The notes: generated from the letters alone by a model not told the origin. DNA of 61,602 nt from a bacterium (GCA_036339875.1 JAYZAC010000099.1:1-61602); one strand, 5' to 3'. Positions 7,349 to 18,634 are shown, numbered from the stretch's first letter. Numbers and translations are program-made.

Positions 7349-10300
7349 ATGAGCGACAAATTATTGCAGGAAATCAAAGACCATCTAAAGCGGATAGAAC
7401 AGGTCACCAATTCTTATATGGGGCAAATGCAACAAAAAGTTGCAGAGCAGGAGACTCGTCAGCTTCAAACGTCCCTAGAGGTATTGTCCGAGCAAGATCG
7501 GCTGGAACGAGCTGATCTATTTTTCAATCGTGCAGAGCAATTCTATTTTCAGGGAAAAATGGCAGAAGCCGCTAATGAATATCGTAAAGTTGTTCTGGCA
7601 GATCCTAAACATCTTCCAGCTTCCTACAAACTTGCTAACTTATGTTCGATGCGAAGGGAATTTGATGAGGCAATAATCAACTATAGAGAATGCCTTAAAA
7701 TTGACCCTACTTTCTACGAAGCACAACAAAGACTGTTGATTCAATATGTATACATGTATGAGGATTACTCTGGTCGAAAAGATATGCTGGAACGTATTGT
7801 GCAGCGCCTTGAAAATCGAACCTCCGATGGAGATACCTCCCCATTAGATTTATATTCAGCAGCACTTAGTTACCTCTTAATGGAAAGTAGCCACAGTTTG
7901 GAAGTGCGACTTGAAAAAGCTGACCATCATTTAAATACTTTGATTAACTCTTCTCCACAAGATCCTCATTACTTATGGGCAAAAAAACTTGCTGTATTGC
8001 ATTATGAAAAAGATAAATTACCCAAGAAAAGCTTCAAGGAAGCGCTGAAATATTGTGATCAAGCCTTAAAACTGAATAAACACACTGACCAAGCTCTTTA
8101 TGAAATTGGTGAAGTTTATGAACTTGAACATCGAATTCATGGAACCAAAGTGGCTTTATCAAAAGCAGAGGACTATTATCAAAAAGCACTTGAGCACAAC
8201 AAATATCACCTACCATCTCTAGTTAGACTCGCTAGTATTTTTGAAGAACGTTTTGCTTATGATGAAGCTCTTGGTTGTTTGAAAGTGGTCGTAAGTCAAG
8301 ACCCATTTCATGCTCAAGCACTATGGAAACTTAGCAATATATACCATTTTACTCGTTTTCTAGATCAAGCTATTGATGGGTATAGTCAACTTGCCACAAT
8401 AAGCCACTCTTTCGGCTACAACCCCTACTTGAGCTTAATTTCTCTTCATGAACCTGAAAACCTACATGAACTACAAATTTATCAAAATCTTGCACGGTCA
8501 TACGAAAGCTCTCATAAGCTAGATGAAGCTATAAACGAATATCGAAAAATTCTAGATCATCAGAAAGATCATATCTTAGCTGGTGAAAAACTTATTGATT
8601 TACATACGGTGAAGTTTCGTAATCAGGAAAATGCTACTGAAGCATTCGATCAGCTAATCAAACAATACAAGAATGCTGCTTTTCTGGAGCCTAATAATGC
8701 GATTCTATCTTACCTTCTTGGCTACGCCTACTTTAAATTTAGCAATTTCTATTCATATCATGAGGAGTTATTAGCGCGAGCAATTCAACAAATGGAAAAA
8801 GCCTTGAGAATTGATGAAAATCTTAAAGAGGCCTATTTTTCATTGAAAGATATATATTTATCTAGCGACCTCAGGCATACAGAGTCTGACTCTCTCGATA
8901 AAGCACTTAATTTCTGCCGAAAAGCTCTAAGTAGATTTCCTGAGATTGCTTTGTGCCATTATCACCATGGAGAAATTCTTGATAATCAGGGGCTCTATGA
9001 AGAATCAATCGAAAGCTTTGAACAGGCAATTAAACTTGATCCCGCTCTAATGCCTGCTTATTCACAATTGGCAAAAATCCATCATCGTCAAGGCAACTTA
9101 TCAGAAGCAATTAAAACATGTGATGCCATTCTTCAAAGACTGCCTAACGATGCATGGGCACACTTTGAAAAAGGCCAAATACATTATTTAGACGGTGATA
9201 GCCAAAAAGCACTTCAAGAATTAACACAGGCAATTGAATTAGATCCTACTTTCATTAAAAGTTACAGTTTAATAGGGCAGATCTATTTCGAAAATGAAAA
9301 CCATGAGAAAGCTTTAGTTCAGTACCTAAAAATTCTAGACTACGATAATCGTAACGCAATCGCTCTACTACGCTCAGGACTGTTACAAAATTTACTATCT
9401 AAACCTCTTGAAGCAAGAAAACATCTTGAACTTCTTCTTAAAATCGAGCCCGATGATACACGTGCAATTCTGGAAATAGGTCACACTTACTATGCTCGAG
9501 AAGAATGGGCCGTTGCAAAGGAACGCTACAGAGAGGTATTACAACATGAACCAGATAATCAGGTTGCTCGCTTTAACTTATCTAAAATATTTGAAACATT
9601 GAATGAATTAGATTCTCAAGAACAAGAACTTCGGGAATTAATTAATATTGCTCCCAAGCACTTAAAAGCTCTACTCGACTTAGGAAATCTGTATCTGGTG
9701 AGAGATCGAATTTATGAAGCTGAAGAAATATACAAGCAAGCCCTAAATTCCTATCCAGAATCATTGGATGCTCTATTTGAATTAGCTAAGATCTATGAGC
9801 AACAAAATCTGATTGAAAATATGAATGAGGTTTTACATCGAATTCTAGAAATAGATACCGAAAATTATCAAGCCACATACCTTTTAGCCAAAGGCTATGA
9901 ACGCAAAAAACAATTTGATAAAGCACTTTTACATTACCAAAATGCCCATAAAATAAATCCTGAGGACGTAGACATACTATATGCACTCGGTAATCTGCAT
10001 TTCGAACAAAATAAGCTGACAGAGGCTGAAAACTATTTTTCTAACTGTCTTGAGCGACAATTTAATCACGCTGCATCACATCAGAAAATGGGACAAATTA
10101 AACACAAATTGAATCAATTCAAAGAGGCTATAAGCTACTTTAAGCGCGCATCAGAAAAAAATCCTAAAAATGGCGAAATCTTTTACATGTTGGGTGAATC
10201 TTATTCTGAATTAGGCCAACTTGAAAGAGCAAAAGAAAACTTTTACGAAGCTCTGGACATCCTTCCCAATCATCTCAATACTAATAGTGCACTGGGAAGA

Positions 10301-13300
10301 TTATTTATAAAGGAGCAAAACTTTACCAGGGCATGCGACTATCTTAAGAATGCATCTAAACTGGCCCCCCATGATACTGAGCTACACATAATACTCGGGA
10401 ATTGCTACAACGAGTTAGACCGTCTGAACGATGCCATAGATCAATACAATAAAGCACTAGAGCAAGAGCCAAAAAACGCCACCATACACGTGGCTATTGG
10501 GCTGACCCACAAAAAAGAGGGTAATTTGGACCTTGCAATTCAAAAACTTAAAAAAGCTCACGAATTAGACCCTAGTCGACCTGAAGTCTACTATGAACTG
10601 GGCAAAATTTATATTAATAAGGGTCGCCTTGATATGGCTGTAGACCAATTTCAAGAAGCTGTCGCATATCAGAAAGGTAATGCTGAATATCACTATCAAC
10701 TTGGTAAAGCATATCTAAGTCAGGGAGCAATTACCGATGCAGTCGATGAATTCAAAGAATCAATTAGCTTAGATCCTTCACATATCGCTGCTACGCTCGA
10801 ATTAGGGCATTACTTCGGTGGATCCAAACTATATGACAAAGCAATAGCTAAATTCAAACGAATAATCGATATGCAACCCGACCATCCAGCAGCTAATTTA
10901 GAGTTAGGTAAATTATATCTAGCAAGCGAAGATTATTCTTCTGCGAATGCGCAATTCAAAAACTGCCTCCCTCTAATTCCGGGAAGCGGCGACCTTTTTT
11001 ACAACTTAGGTTTAACCTTCTTTAAAACTTCTCAACCAGAGTCAGCATTAGACTATTTCAAAAAAGCAATAGAAATGGATCCTGATTTGGCAGAAGCCCA
11101 CTATTACTGCGCAAAGATCTATCAGAATAAAGGACAAATAGAAGCAACTATTAATCAACTTGAACAAGCTCTTTCCATAGATGATGAAAATGCTTCATAC
11201 CATAGATATTTAGCCGAATGCTTTGATCAAAAAAATGACACTAATCATGCTATAGATCACTATGAAAAAGCACTGCAATTCGACCCAAACCTTCTAGATG
11301 TTATATACAGACTCGGTAATAAATATAAATTGGTAGACAATCATATTGCAATAATCCGTTTGTACGAACAAGCAATCAAAAAAGTACCTACAAACTCTCT
11401 ATATTTTTTCGAATTAGGAGAAGCTTACCGAGTAGAAAATAAACTTGAAAAAGCCATTAAATCATATTCAAAGGCACTGAGATTAAATCCCGAATTTATC
11501 GAAGCTATTTACTCGCTTGGAGGAATCTATGAATCTCGTAATCAGTTCGATAGATTAATACAACTTTACGAGGAAGCTATTACAACATACCCCACGAATG
11601 TGAAGGCTCATTTCGAATTGGGCAAAGCTCATGCCGCTACGGAACAACATAAAAAAGCTATTAAAATATTTAGGAAAGTCGTTCAGCTGGATTCTCAGCA
11701 TGCAGAAGTCTTTCTACACCTTGGAGATATACTCTTTACTACCAACAATTTGGATCAAGCTCAAAAGTCATTTGAAAGAGCCTGTAGAATAACACCGAAT
11801 TCGGCAGAGGCGCATTATAAACTTGGAAAAGTTTATGAAGCTAAAGATTACAATGATGATGCTACCAAAGAATATGAACTCGCAAAGAAGTTACAAGGAA
11901 GTAATGCAGAAATTTATTTCAAGCTCGGGATGTCTGCACTCAGAAAAACTAGCTATCAAGAGGCTCTAGACGAATTTCAAAAAGCCTTAGAAATCGATTC
12001 AAATGATTCAGAAACTTATTATCAAATGGGAATCTGCCACCTAAATTTGGGAGCATTCCCTGCAGGCATAGATAACTTCAAAAAAGCACTTCAAATTAAT
12101 GATGAAATGTTATCTGCTACCTTCTACCTTGCTAGAACCTATTACTTAAATCGCAATTATGAAGAAGCTCTGGAAAGAGCTGAATCACTACGAGAAAACC
12201 AACGTTGGGCTCGAGAAACTGAAATTTTGATTGGAGATATACAGCTTGCACTCGAAAATTCACAGGAAGCGGTAAAGGCTTACCAGAATGCTCACCAATT
12301 AGATGATAATAATCTAGAAGTCCTGACCAAACTGAGTAAAGTCTACGAACAAGAAGAGCAGTGGCAAATGGCAATGGATACGTACCTTCAACTTCTTGAA
12401 AAGCAACCAGAAAATACTGAGCTCAATTCCATGATTGGACAGTTGGCATGCAAAGCGGAGCAATTTGATAAGGCTATTGAACATTATCAAGCTGCTCATA
12501 GTAGAGAACCTGATAATCTCAATTATGCAATGAGTTTGGCAGAAGTTTACGGTCAGGTGAAGCACTTTGAACAGAGTAAACGTATCTATGAGGATCTGGT
12601 GCAAAACTTCCCTAATAATGTAACGATTCGTATTCGGTTAGGAGAAGCCTATAAGTCGCTCGATATGGAATTTGAAGCTATAACTCAATTTCGAGAGGCC
12701 TACAAATTATCACCTAGTAACATGGATGTACTATTTGTTTTAGGTACAGATTATCTTAAAAAAGGTATTTTAGACAAAGCTCTAGAGCATTTCGAAGCCA
12801 TACTCCAGCAAGTCCCTGATGATGTTCAAACTTTAATGAATGTAGGATTAATAAATCTTGAGAAAAATCTTTTTGAACAAGCTATTGGATCTTTCTCTCG
12901 AATTTTGGAGAGTGAATCACAGAATAGGGATGCACTAGAACATCTCGAACAAATCTATGAGAAACAGGAAAATTATACTGATCAAATTCACGCTCTGATT
13001 AAGTTAGAAGAAATCGATCCATTTAATTTAAACTATCTCCTAAAAATTGCTATCTGCTACTTCAAGCTACTGAACTATGGTAAAACCGAAGAATATGCGT
13101 TAAAGCTATTAAAAATTGAAAGTAATCACCAAGAAGCTCTGAATCTCGCATGCGATGTCTATATGCGTCAACAGAATTACCCATCTGCTATTGAGTTACT
13201 TGAGTTGAATCTAAAGATGAATCCTGAGGAAATAAAACTTTACTTGGATTTGTTTAAGGCTTGCTTTCAACAAAATGAAACGGAAAAAGCAGGTCGGTAC

Positions 13301-16300
13301 ATCGTTCAAGCCCTATCCATGGAGAATGAAAATATCGAAGTTCTCCAAACCGCATTGTTCTATTACAAAGAAATTGGCAATCTCAATAAACAAACCGAGG
13401 TCTGTAATACATTACTTTCGCTTAATCCAGATGATCATGAATTTAAGCGACAAATGGTACAACTTCTCATGGAACAACAAATGTATAAGGAAGCAATGAA
13501 CTTGCTAACTGATCTCTTAACACATACACCTAACGATTCTGGCTTACTTGTATCTCAAGCCAAAATCCAGACATTGCAAGGATTGCCCTCAAAAGCTGTG
13601 ATTACTCTTCAGCAGGTTTTAGCAATCGATGAAAACAATTCAATGGCTCACTTCGAATTAGGGCGTACTTACCATACTCAAAAAGAGTGGAATAAGGCAA
13701 TTCTTGAGTTCAAGAAGGCAGTGAATCTTGGAATAAATGATCCCAAGGCCTATATAGAATTAGGCGAAATATATGCAGCTAAAGGATTTTTTGATACAGC
13801 ATTGGAGGTCTATCAAAAAGCTATCGCCCTTGATAGGGAAAATATTCAAATAAACATGGAAATCGCTGAGATTTATTTTAAGCTTAATATGCCAGAAAAA
13901 GCACTCGAGGAATATGAAAGTCTTCAAGAAAAGCAGCCCAGTAATATTAAGATGAATACTCGATTAGCACAGGTTTATCAGACAAACCGTATGTTTAATC
14001 AAAGTTTAGAGCTTTTAAACCGCCTTCTTGAAGAGCAACCTCAAAATACTACAATCCTCTATGAAATAGGTAAAACATATTTGTATTTGGATAATAGAGA
14101 AGAGTCACACAACTACTTTTCAAAGGTTCTGGAATTAGACCCTGGCCATACAATGGCTCAAGTAGAAATCAGCGTACTTGATGCTCATTTAAACCCACAA
14201 AAGACTATTCAAACACTGCGAAGAATGATAGATCAGTCTCCGATTAAAGATACATTCGTTTATCTATCACGTGTATTTATTGAAAACAATATGATTGATG
14301 ATGCTGTCGCAGAATTCAAGGTTCTGGCTAAAAGATACCCTGATTCAGCGCCTACTTGGGCCGAATTAGGAAAACTATATACAGTATTGAGCAAAACATA
14401 TGAAGATCCCAAAATACGTCAAAATGGCATCGAAGCACTAGAAAAGGCTATACAACTTGACGAAAATTATCCGCCTGCGTACTTTTATCTGGGAGAGAGT
14501 TTCCATTTGAGTGGTGAACTAGAAGTTGCGCTTTCAAAATTGCGCCTTGCGTACCAATTAGATCCTCAAAATCTAGAAATTAAAGAATATTTAACGGCAG
14601 TGGAAACTCAAAAGACTACGATTGAAGTAGCGGCCAAGCTCGAAGAAGCAAAAACTTATTTATCTCGTGGAATGGATCAAAATGCAATTATTGAATATGA
14701 GGCAATATTAGAATTAGATCCATTTAATTGTGAAGCTAATTTTGATTTAGCAAGTATTTATATCAAGCAAGAAAATCTTGGATTGTCTAAAAAGTATTTG
14801 CAGAACTCCGTCGAACGAAATCCTGATTTCATAAAAGGTTTTCAAGATTTGGCTAAAATCAACAGACAAGAGGGTAATCTTTATGAAGCAGAGATAAATT
14901 TACACAGGATTTTGGAGCTAAATGGAAATGATTTTGATTCTAATCTACTGATGGGTGAAGTTTTAACAGAATCTGACGAAATTAGTGAAGCCGCAATCTA
15001 CCTCCAAAAAGCAATTGAGATTAATCCCACCTCTCCTAAACCCTATTTTCAACTAGGTAAAATGTTCTTAAAAATTGGAGAGACTCAACAAGCTAAAGAG
15101 TTCTATGAAAAATGTTATAAACTTGACAGTTCTATAACCGAAGTAAATGAATTCTTCGTTCAATTAGATCAGAAAGAAACCGCGGAAAAATTAGAGCGAC
15201 TGATTAATCAAGCTAGAGAAGCGGAAGAGATAGAAGAACTTGAACAAGCTAAATCGTATTACGAAGATATTCTGAGCTTACAGCCTGGTCACTTCTTTGC
15301 CAGATATAAAAGCGGTGAACTCAATGAAACAATGGGCCGAATGAGTGAAGCTGCTTTTGATTATCAACAAGCTTATAATAACTATTCAGACCACAAAATG
15401 GAATTCCCTAAACTACCTGTAAAACTCGGAGTGATATTAGCCAATTTACAAAAAATCACAGAAGCTATTCCTGTTCTGGAAGAAGCAGTCTCAATAGAAC
15501 CATCGAATCAAGAATTATATCTACTATTAATTCAGCAGTATAAAGAATATTTCCTCACTACGGGACAAGAAGAATTTGAAGGCATAACTCCTCTTGCTCT
15601 TTTGCAACGAATTGAAAGCCAGACGCTAAACAATCCTCTAAGTATAATTTCGTGGCTTGGTCTTGGGTATGCCTACCGCATAAACCTACTTGGCGAGCTC
15701 GAATTGGAGGAGAGTACTCAAAAAGGAATCGACGCATATAATAAAGCGCTAGAAATTGATCCAACTAATGAACATTTACTTTATAACCTCGGTTTACTCA
15801 ATCACTTCGCCGGTAAAATTGCCAAGGCTAAAGAATATTTAAAGAATTTACTACAATTAAATCCTGAACATATTCGCTCCTGCCAAAAGTTGGCACAAAT
15901 CTATATAGATGGAAAAGAATATGATGAAGCAGCTCAAATTCTAAGAAAGTTAATTAATTTAGAGCCTGAAAATGGAATTCACCGAATCGAATTAATCGAT
16001 TTATTTAAACTTGCCTGTGAAACTGATGATAATAAGCAGCAATTATTTGATAATTACCTTGATGAGTTTGCGACTGCTGTAAAAGCTAACGATCAAAGTG
16101 TCATGGCGCATTTTGATTATGGTTATGCAATATTAACCTTAACTTCAAGTTTTTCCTTATCCGAAGAGGAACTCTCTTTATCAATCAGTGAATTCAAGAG
16201 GGCTATATCAGTAGCACCAACAAATCCATGGGGCTACTGGGGACTAAAGAGAGTTTATAACAAGGAATCTATATCCGGAAGACATCGGTATCAAGAAGCA

Positions 16301-16618
16301 ATTGAGATCTGCAGGAAAGCGCTCGAATTTAATCAAACTAGCCAAGCCTATTGCGAACTAGGTAACGCCTTAAATGAAGATTATGAAACCAATCGTAAAA
16401 CTGAGGCTCTTGAAAACTATAAGAAAGCATTATTAATCGAACCAGACTTCATTGAGGTATACTTTAAAATAGCGTCTATCTCTAGAATACGTAATAATTA
16501 TGAAGAAGCTATGCAATTTTATCGTCGCGTGATTGAATTGGATCCAACCACAAGCTTTGCAAAAGACGCTAAACGGTCATTGGTACATATTGAAAAATCC
16601 AAGGCCGAATTGGCCTAA
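7349..16618 (+). CDS. giant tetratricopeptide-repeat protein (3089 aa)
   Basis: A single uninterrupted frame of 9.27 kb. The roughly 34-aa A..Y.kAL.ldP....A...LG..Y pattern recurs nearly end to end (for example AIDQYNKALEQEPKNATIHVAIGL, AIQKLKKAHELDPSRPEVYYELGKIY). No signal peptide, TM segment or catalytic motif is visible. Confidence 0.9.
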   Translation: MSDKLLQEIKDHLKRIEQVTNSYMGQMQQKVAEQETRQLQTSLEVLSEQDRLERADLFFNRAEQFYFQGKMAEAANEYRKVVLADPKHLPASYKLANLCSMRREFDEAIINYRECLKIDPTFYEAQQRLLIQYVYMYEDYSGRKDMLERIVQRLENRTSDGDTSPLDLYSAALSYLLMESSHSLEVRLEKADHHLNTLINSSPQDPHYLWAKKLAVLHYEKDKLPKKSFKEALKYCDQALKLNKHTDQALYEIGEVYELEHRIHGTKVALSKAEDYYQKALEHNKYHLPSLVRLASIFEERFAYDEALGCLKVVVSQDPFHAQALWKLSNIYHFTRFLDQAIDGYSQLATISHSFGYNPYLSLISLHEPENLHELQIYQNLARSYESSHKLDEAINEYRKILDHQKDHILAGEKLIDLHTVKFRNQENATEAFDQLIKQYKNAAFLEPNNAILSYLLGYAYFKFSNFYSYHEELLARAIQQMEKALRIDENLKEAYFSLKDIYLSSDLRHTESDSLDKALNFCRKALSRFPEIALCHYHHGEILDNQGLYEESIESFEQAIKLDPALMPAYSQLAKIHHRQGNLSEAIKTCDAILQRLPNDAWAHFEKGQIHYLDGDSQKALQELTQAIELDPTFIKSYSLIGQIYFENENHEKALVQYLKILDYDNRNAIALLRSGLLQNLLSKPLEARKHLELLLKIEPDDTRAILEIGHTYYAREEWAVAKERYREVLQHEPDNQVARFNLSKIFETLNELDSQEQELRELINIAPKHLKALLDLGNLYLVRDRIYEAEEIYKQALNSYPESLDALFELAKIYEQQNLIENMNEVLHRILEIDTENYQATYLLAKGYERKKQFDKALLHYQNAHKINPEDVDILYALGNLHFEQNKLTEAENYFSNCLERQFNHAASHQKMGQIKHKLNQFKEAISYFKRASEKNPKNGEIFYMLGESYSELGQLERAKENFYEALDILPNHLNTNSALGRLFIKEQNFTRACDYLKNASKLAPHDTELHIILGNCYNELDRLNDAIDQYNKALEQEPKNATIHVAIGLTHKKEGNLDLAIQKLKKAHELDPSRPEVYYELGKIYINKGRLDMAVDQFQEAVAYQKGNAEYHYQLGKAYLSQGAITDAVDEFKESISLDPSHIAATLELGHYFGGSKLYDKAIAKFKRIIDMQPDHPAANLELGKLYLASEDYSSANAQFKNCLPLIPGSGDLFYNLGLTFFKTSQPESALDYFKKAIEMDPDLAEAHYYCAKIYQNKGQIEATINQLEQALSIDDENASYHRYLAECFDQKNDTNHAIDHYEKALQFDPNLLDVIYRLGNKYKLVDNHIAIIRLYEQAIKKVPTNSLYFFELGEAYRVENKLEKAIKSYSKALRLNPEFIEAIYSLGGIYESRNQFDRLIQLYEEAITTYPTNVKAHFELGKAHAATEQHKKAIKIFRKVVQLDSQHAEVFLHLGDILFTTNNLDQAQKSFERACRITPNSAEAHYKLGKVYEAKDYNDDATKEYELAKKLQGSNAEIYFKLGMSALRKTSYQEALDEFQKALEIDSNDSETYYQMGICHLNLGAFPAGIDNFKKALQINDEMLSATFYLARTYYLNRNYEEALERAESLRENQRWARETEILIGDIQLALENSQEAVKAYQNAHQLDDNNLEVLTKLSKVYEQEEQWQMAMDTYLQLLEKQPENTELNSMIGQLACKAEQFDKAIEHYQAAHSREPDNLNYAMSLAEVYGQVKHFEQSKRIYEDLVQNFPNNVTIRIRLGEAYKSLDMEFEAITQFREAYKLSPSNMDVLFVLGTDYLKKGILDKALEHFEAILQQVPDDVQTLMNVGLINLEKNLFEQAIGSFSRILESESQNRDALEHLEQIYEKQENYTDQIHALIKLEEIDPFNLNYLLKIAICYFKLLNYGKTEEYALKLLKIESNHQEALNLACDVYMRQQNYPSAIELLELNLKMNPEEIKLYLDLFKACFQQNETEKAGRYIVQALSMENENIEVLQTALFYYKEIGNLNKQTEVCNTLLSLNPDDHEFKRQMVQLLMEQQMYKEAMNLLTDLLTHTPNDSGLLVSQAKIQTLQGLPSKAVITLQQVLAIDENNSMAHFELGRTYHTQKEWNKAILEFKKAVNLGINDPKAYIELGEIYAAKGFFDTALEVYQKAIALDRENIQINMEIAEIYFKLNMPEKALEEYESLQEKQPSNIKMNTRLAQVYQTNRMFNQSLELLNRLLEEQPQNTTILYEIGKTYLYLDNREESHNYFSKVLELDPGHTMAQVEISVLDAHLNPQKTIQTLRRMIDQSPIKDTFVYLSRVFIENNMIDDAVAEFKVLAKRYPDSAPTWAELGKLYTVLSKTYEDPKIRQNGIEALEKAIQLDENYPPAYFYLGESFHLSGELEVALSKLRLAYQLDPQNLEIKEYLTAVETQKTTIEVAAKLEEAKTYLSRGMDQNAIIEYEAILELDPFNCEANFDLASIYIKQENLGLSKKYLQNSVERNPDFIKGFQDLAKINRQEGNLYEAEINLHRILELNGNDFDSNLLMGEVLTESDEISEAAIYLQKAIEINPTSPKPYFQLGKMFLKIGETQQAKEFYEKCYKLDSSITEVNEFFVQLDQKETAEKLERLINQAREAEEIEELEQAKSYYEDILSLQPGHFFARYKSGELNETMGRMSEAAFDYQQAYNNYSDHKMEFPKLPVKLGVILANLQKITEAIPVLEEAVSIEPSNQELYLLLIQQYKEYFLTTGQEEFEGITPLALLQRIESQTLNNPLSIISWLGLGYAYRINLLGELELEESTQKGIDAYNKALEIDPTNEHLLYNLGLLNHFAGKIAKAKEYLKNLLQLNPEHIRSCQKLAQIYIDGKEYDEAAQILRKLINLEPENGIHRIELIDLFKLACETDDNKQQLFDNYLDEFATAVKANDQSVMAHFDYGYAILTLTSSFSLSEEELSLSISEFKRAISVAPTNPWGYWGLKRVYNKESISGRHRYQEAIEICRKALEFNQTSQAYCELGNALNEDYETNRKTEALENYKKALLIEPDFIEVYFKIASISRIRNNYEEAMQFYRRVIELDPTTSFAKDAKRSLVHIEKSKAELA

Positions 16619-16628
16619 GGATAACAAT

Positions 16629-17924
16629 ATGAATCACAAAGTACACTTAGCACATTTAGGTTGTGCGAAGAACATGGTGGACTCGGAAATATTTCTAGCC
16701 CATTTTGATCGCTTAGGTTTTTCACAAACAGAAAACCCAAACGATGCAGATTTAGTTCTTGTTAATACATGTGGTTTTATTACGGCAGCGAAAGAACAAT
16801 CAATCGACACAATTTTCGAACATGTAGAGGCTAAAAATAGAAGAGTCGTAGTTGCGGGATGCCTTTATCAAAGGTATGCAAATCTTCCAGAGCAAATGCC
16901 TGAAGTAGATGGATGGCTAAGAACAAACAATTATAAAGATGTGCGAACACTCATCCAAAAACTAGGATTCAACACCGATGGTTTTACTAGTACAGCTAAC
17001 CAGTATGAGCGCGTACTATTAGAAAAGAACTCCCATGCCTACCTAAGAATTTCAGAGGGCTGTAATAAGAACTGTTCGTTCTGCTCAATACCCGGATTTA
17101 AAGGCAGAATGGTTAGCCGTACAATCGAATCACTAGTCGAAGAAGCACAAACCTTAATAGATAATGGTATCAAAGAACTGAACATAGTTTCTCAGGATAC
17201 ATGCAATTATGGAGTAGATATTTACGGAGCCGGAAAAGGTGGCAAACACTTCCGAACACTACTAGAGAAGTTAACTGAACTGGATATCGAAAGAGTGCGC
17301 TTACTATATCTTTACCCACTATGGCTGGATCATAATTTTTACGAATTTATGGCAGAGAATCCCAAGATTTGTAACTACATAGATATGCCATTGCAGCACG
17401 CCTCTCAAAAAGTACTCAAAAGCATGAAAAGGCCTGGTAATGGAGACCGTTATCTCGAAGAAATATCGAAGATAAGAACGATAATGCCGGACGTAAGTAT
17501 GAGAACCACTCTGATAGTGGGTTTTCCTGGGGAAACTGAAGCTGACTTCCAAGAATTAAATGATTTCGTTCGAGAAGCAAACTTTGAATGGCTGGGGGCA
17601 TTTCCTTACTACCGTGAAGAAAATACTACGGCTTTCAATTTAAATGAACAGGTTCACCACAAAACAAAATATCGCAGACAAAGGCAAATACTTAATACTT
17701 ATCATCAAATGCGTCAAAACCTACCTAGTCGAATTGGGCAAACACATCGGGTAATTCTAGAGGAGAAGATCGATAATATATGGCTAGCTCGAACTTACTT
17801 CCAAGCCCCCGAGGTGGATGGAGTAGTATATGTGAAAAATCATGATGGATACACCGGTGAATTACTAGACGTAACCATCACTAACGAACTTGATTTCGAC
17901 CTAGAAGCAGATCCAAAAGTATAA
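16629..17924 (+). CDS. rimO: ribosomal protein S12 methylthiotransferase
   Basis: N-terminal LGCAKNMVDSE, radical-SAM CNKNCSFC, and a C-terminal TRAM-like region. AAGGA precedes the ATG at 16629. The ORF-track start at 16533 overlaps the TPR gene and is not used. Confidence 0.88.
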   Translation: MNHKVHLAHLGCAKNMVDSEIFLAHFDRLGFSQTENPNDADLVLVNTCGFITAAKEQSIDTIFEHVEAKNRRVVVAGCLYQRYANLPEQMPEVDGWLRTNNYKDVRTLIQKLGFNTDGFTSTANQYERVLLEKNSHAYLRISEGCNKNCSFCSIPGFKGRMVSRTIESLVEEAQTLIDNGIKELNIVSQDTCNYGVDIYGAGKGGKHFRTLLEKLTELDIERVRLLYLYPLWLDHNFYEFMAENPKICNYIDMPLQHASQKVLKSMKRPGNGDRYLEEISKIRTIMPDVSMRTTLIVGFPGETEADFQELNDFVREANFEWLGAFPYYREENTTAFNLNEQVHHKTKYRRQRQILNTYHQMRQNLPSRIGQTHRVILEEKIDNIWLARTYFQAPEVDGVVYVKNHDGYTGELLDVTITNELDFDLEADPKV

Positions 17925-17938
17925 GCACATTACAACTG

Positions 17939-17954
17939 GAACAGATCCGAACAG
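17939..17954 (+). repeat. direct repeat GAACAG-N4-GAACAG upstream of the 18020 gene
   Basis: Read directly: GGAACAGATCCGAACAG. Related GAACAG/GAAACAR elements recur in the next two intergenic regions. Confidence 0.3.
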
Positions 17955-18019
17955 TACATGAAGGCCTCGTTAAATCTAATTTACGACAACCAAATCTATT
18001 CATTCATAAGGTGTTTATA

Positions 18020-18634
18020 ATGACAGAATCATCAAATAAATCCGACAAAAATCTACTTTCTGATCTCGAACAAAACCTTGAAGATAATCTGTATTCAAAA
18101 TCTAATCAGGAGGAAGAGTTCTATCCTCCAAATTTGAGTCCCGAGGAATTTCAAAAGCTCTGGAATGAAAAGAAATTTGATGCCGTTGATGATAAGAAAC
18201 ACCCTACATACATGGATCACGAAGAAGCGCACAAAACCGAGTCAGAGCACTCACAAACATCCTGTATTGATGAACTTACAATCGACCAAAGTAAATTGAT
18301 AAAAATACTTCAGCAATCTATCAACGAAATCAACTCCAATAAACAAAACGAATTGAGCGAACACACTAGAAGGGGATCCATAGAAAATTCTAAAGAACCT
18401 GTAGTAAGGGTAATTCGAATACCATTATCAAAACATATGGAAGATCAACTAATAACAATCAGAAGACTACTAAACAAACACAATCAAGCCAATAAACCAA
18501 GAGAGGTAATTGACGATTATCAAGTACTTCTTGCTTTACTACATTGGGCTTCAAAACAATTAAATGAGGACATATCGAATCCGCAGGAAGTTGAGAGACC
18601 TAGTCCACAAAACAAACAACTAGGAGAAAGTTAG
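18020..18634 (+). CDS. hypothetical acidic protein
   Basis: AAGGTG lies 9 nt upstream of the ATG at 18020 (the GTG at 18011 is the ORF-track start). The protein is rich in D, E, S and N and has no recognisable motif. Confidence 0.6.
   Translation: MTESSNKSDKNLLSDLEQNLEDNLYSKSNQEEEFYPPNLSPEEFQKLWNEKKFDAVDDKKHPTYMDHEEAHKTESEHSQTSCIDELTIDQSKLIKILQQSINEINSNKQNELSEHTRRGSIENSKEPVVRVIRIPLSKHMEDQLITIRRLLNKHNQANKPREVIDDYQVLLALLHWASKQLNEDISNPQEVERPSPQNKQLGES

Noticed and set aside
6974-7410. ORFs 6974-7168 and 7201-7410 in the divergent region upstream of the giant TPR gene.
   Set aside because: They overlap the 80-aa gene, the TPR gene start or the promoter region. They are AT-rich hydrophobic read-throughs without an RBS, so I treat this region as regulatory DNA.
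8034-15764. Short ORFs inside the giant TPR gene, antisense or in other frames: 8034-8216, 9786-9986, 12132-12604, 13275-13499, 15558-15764.
   Set aside because: They are fully embedded in a far longer, motif-supported frame and have implausible composition. Such ORFs are expected by chance in 9 kb of repeat-coding DNA.
16533-16628. The 5' extension of the rimO ORF overlapping the end of the giant TPR gene.
   Set aside because: The conserved RimO N-terminus (MNHKVHLAHLGCAKN) begins at 16629 with AAGGA upstream, so the extension is read-through of an open frame.
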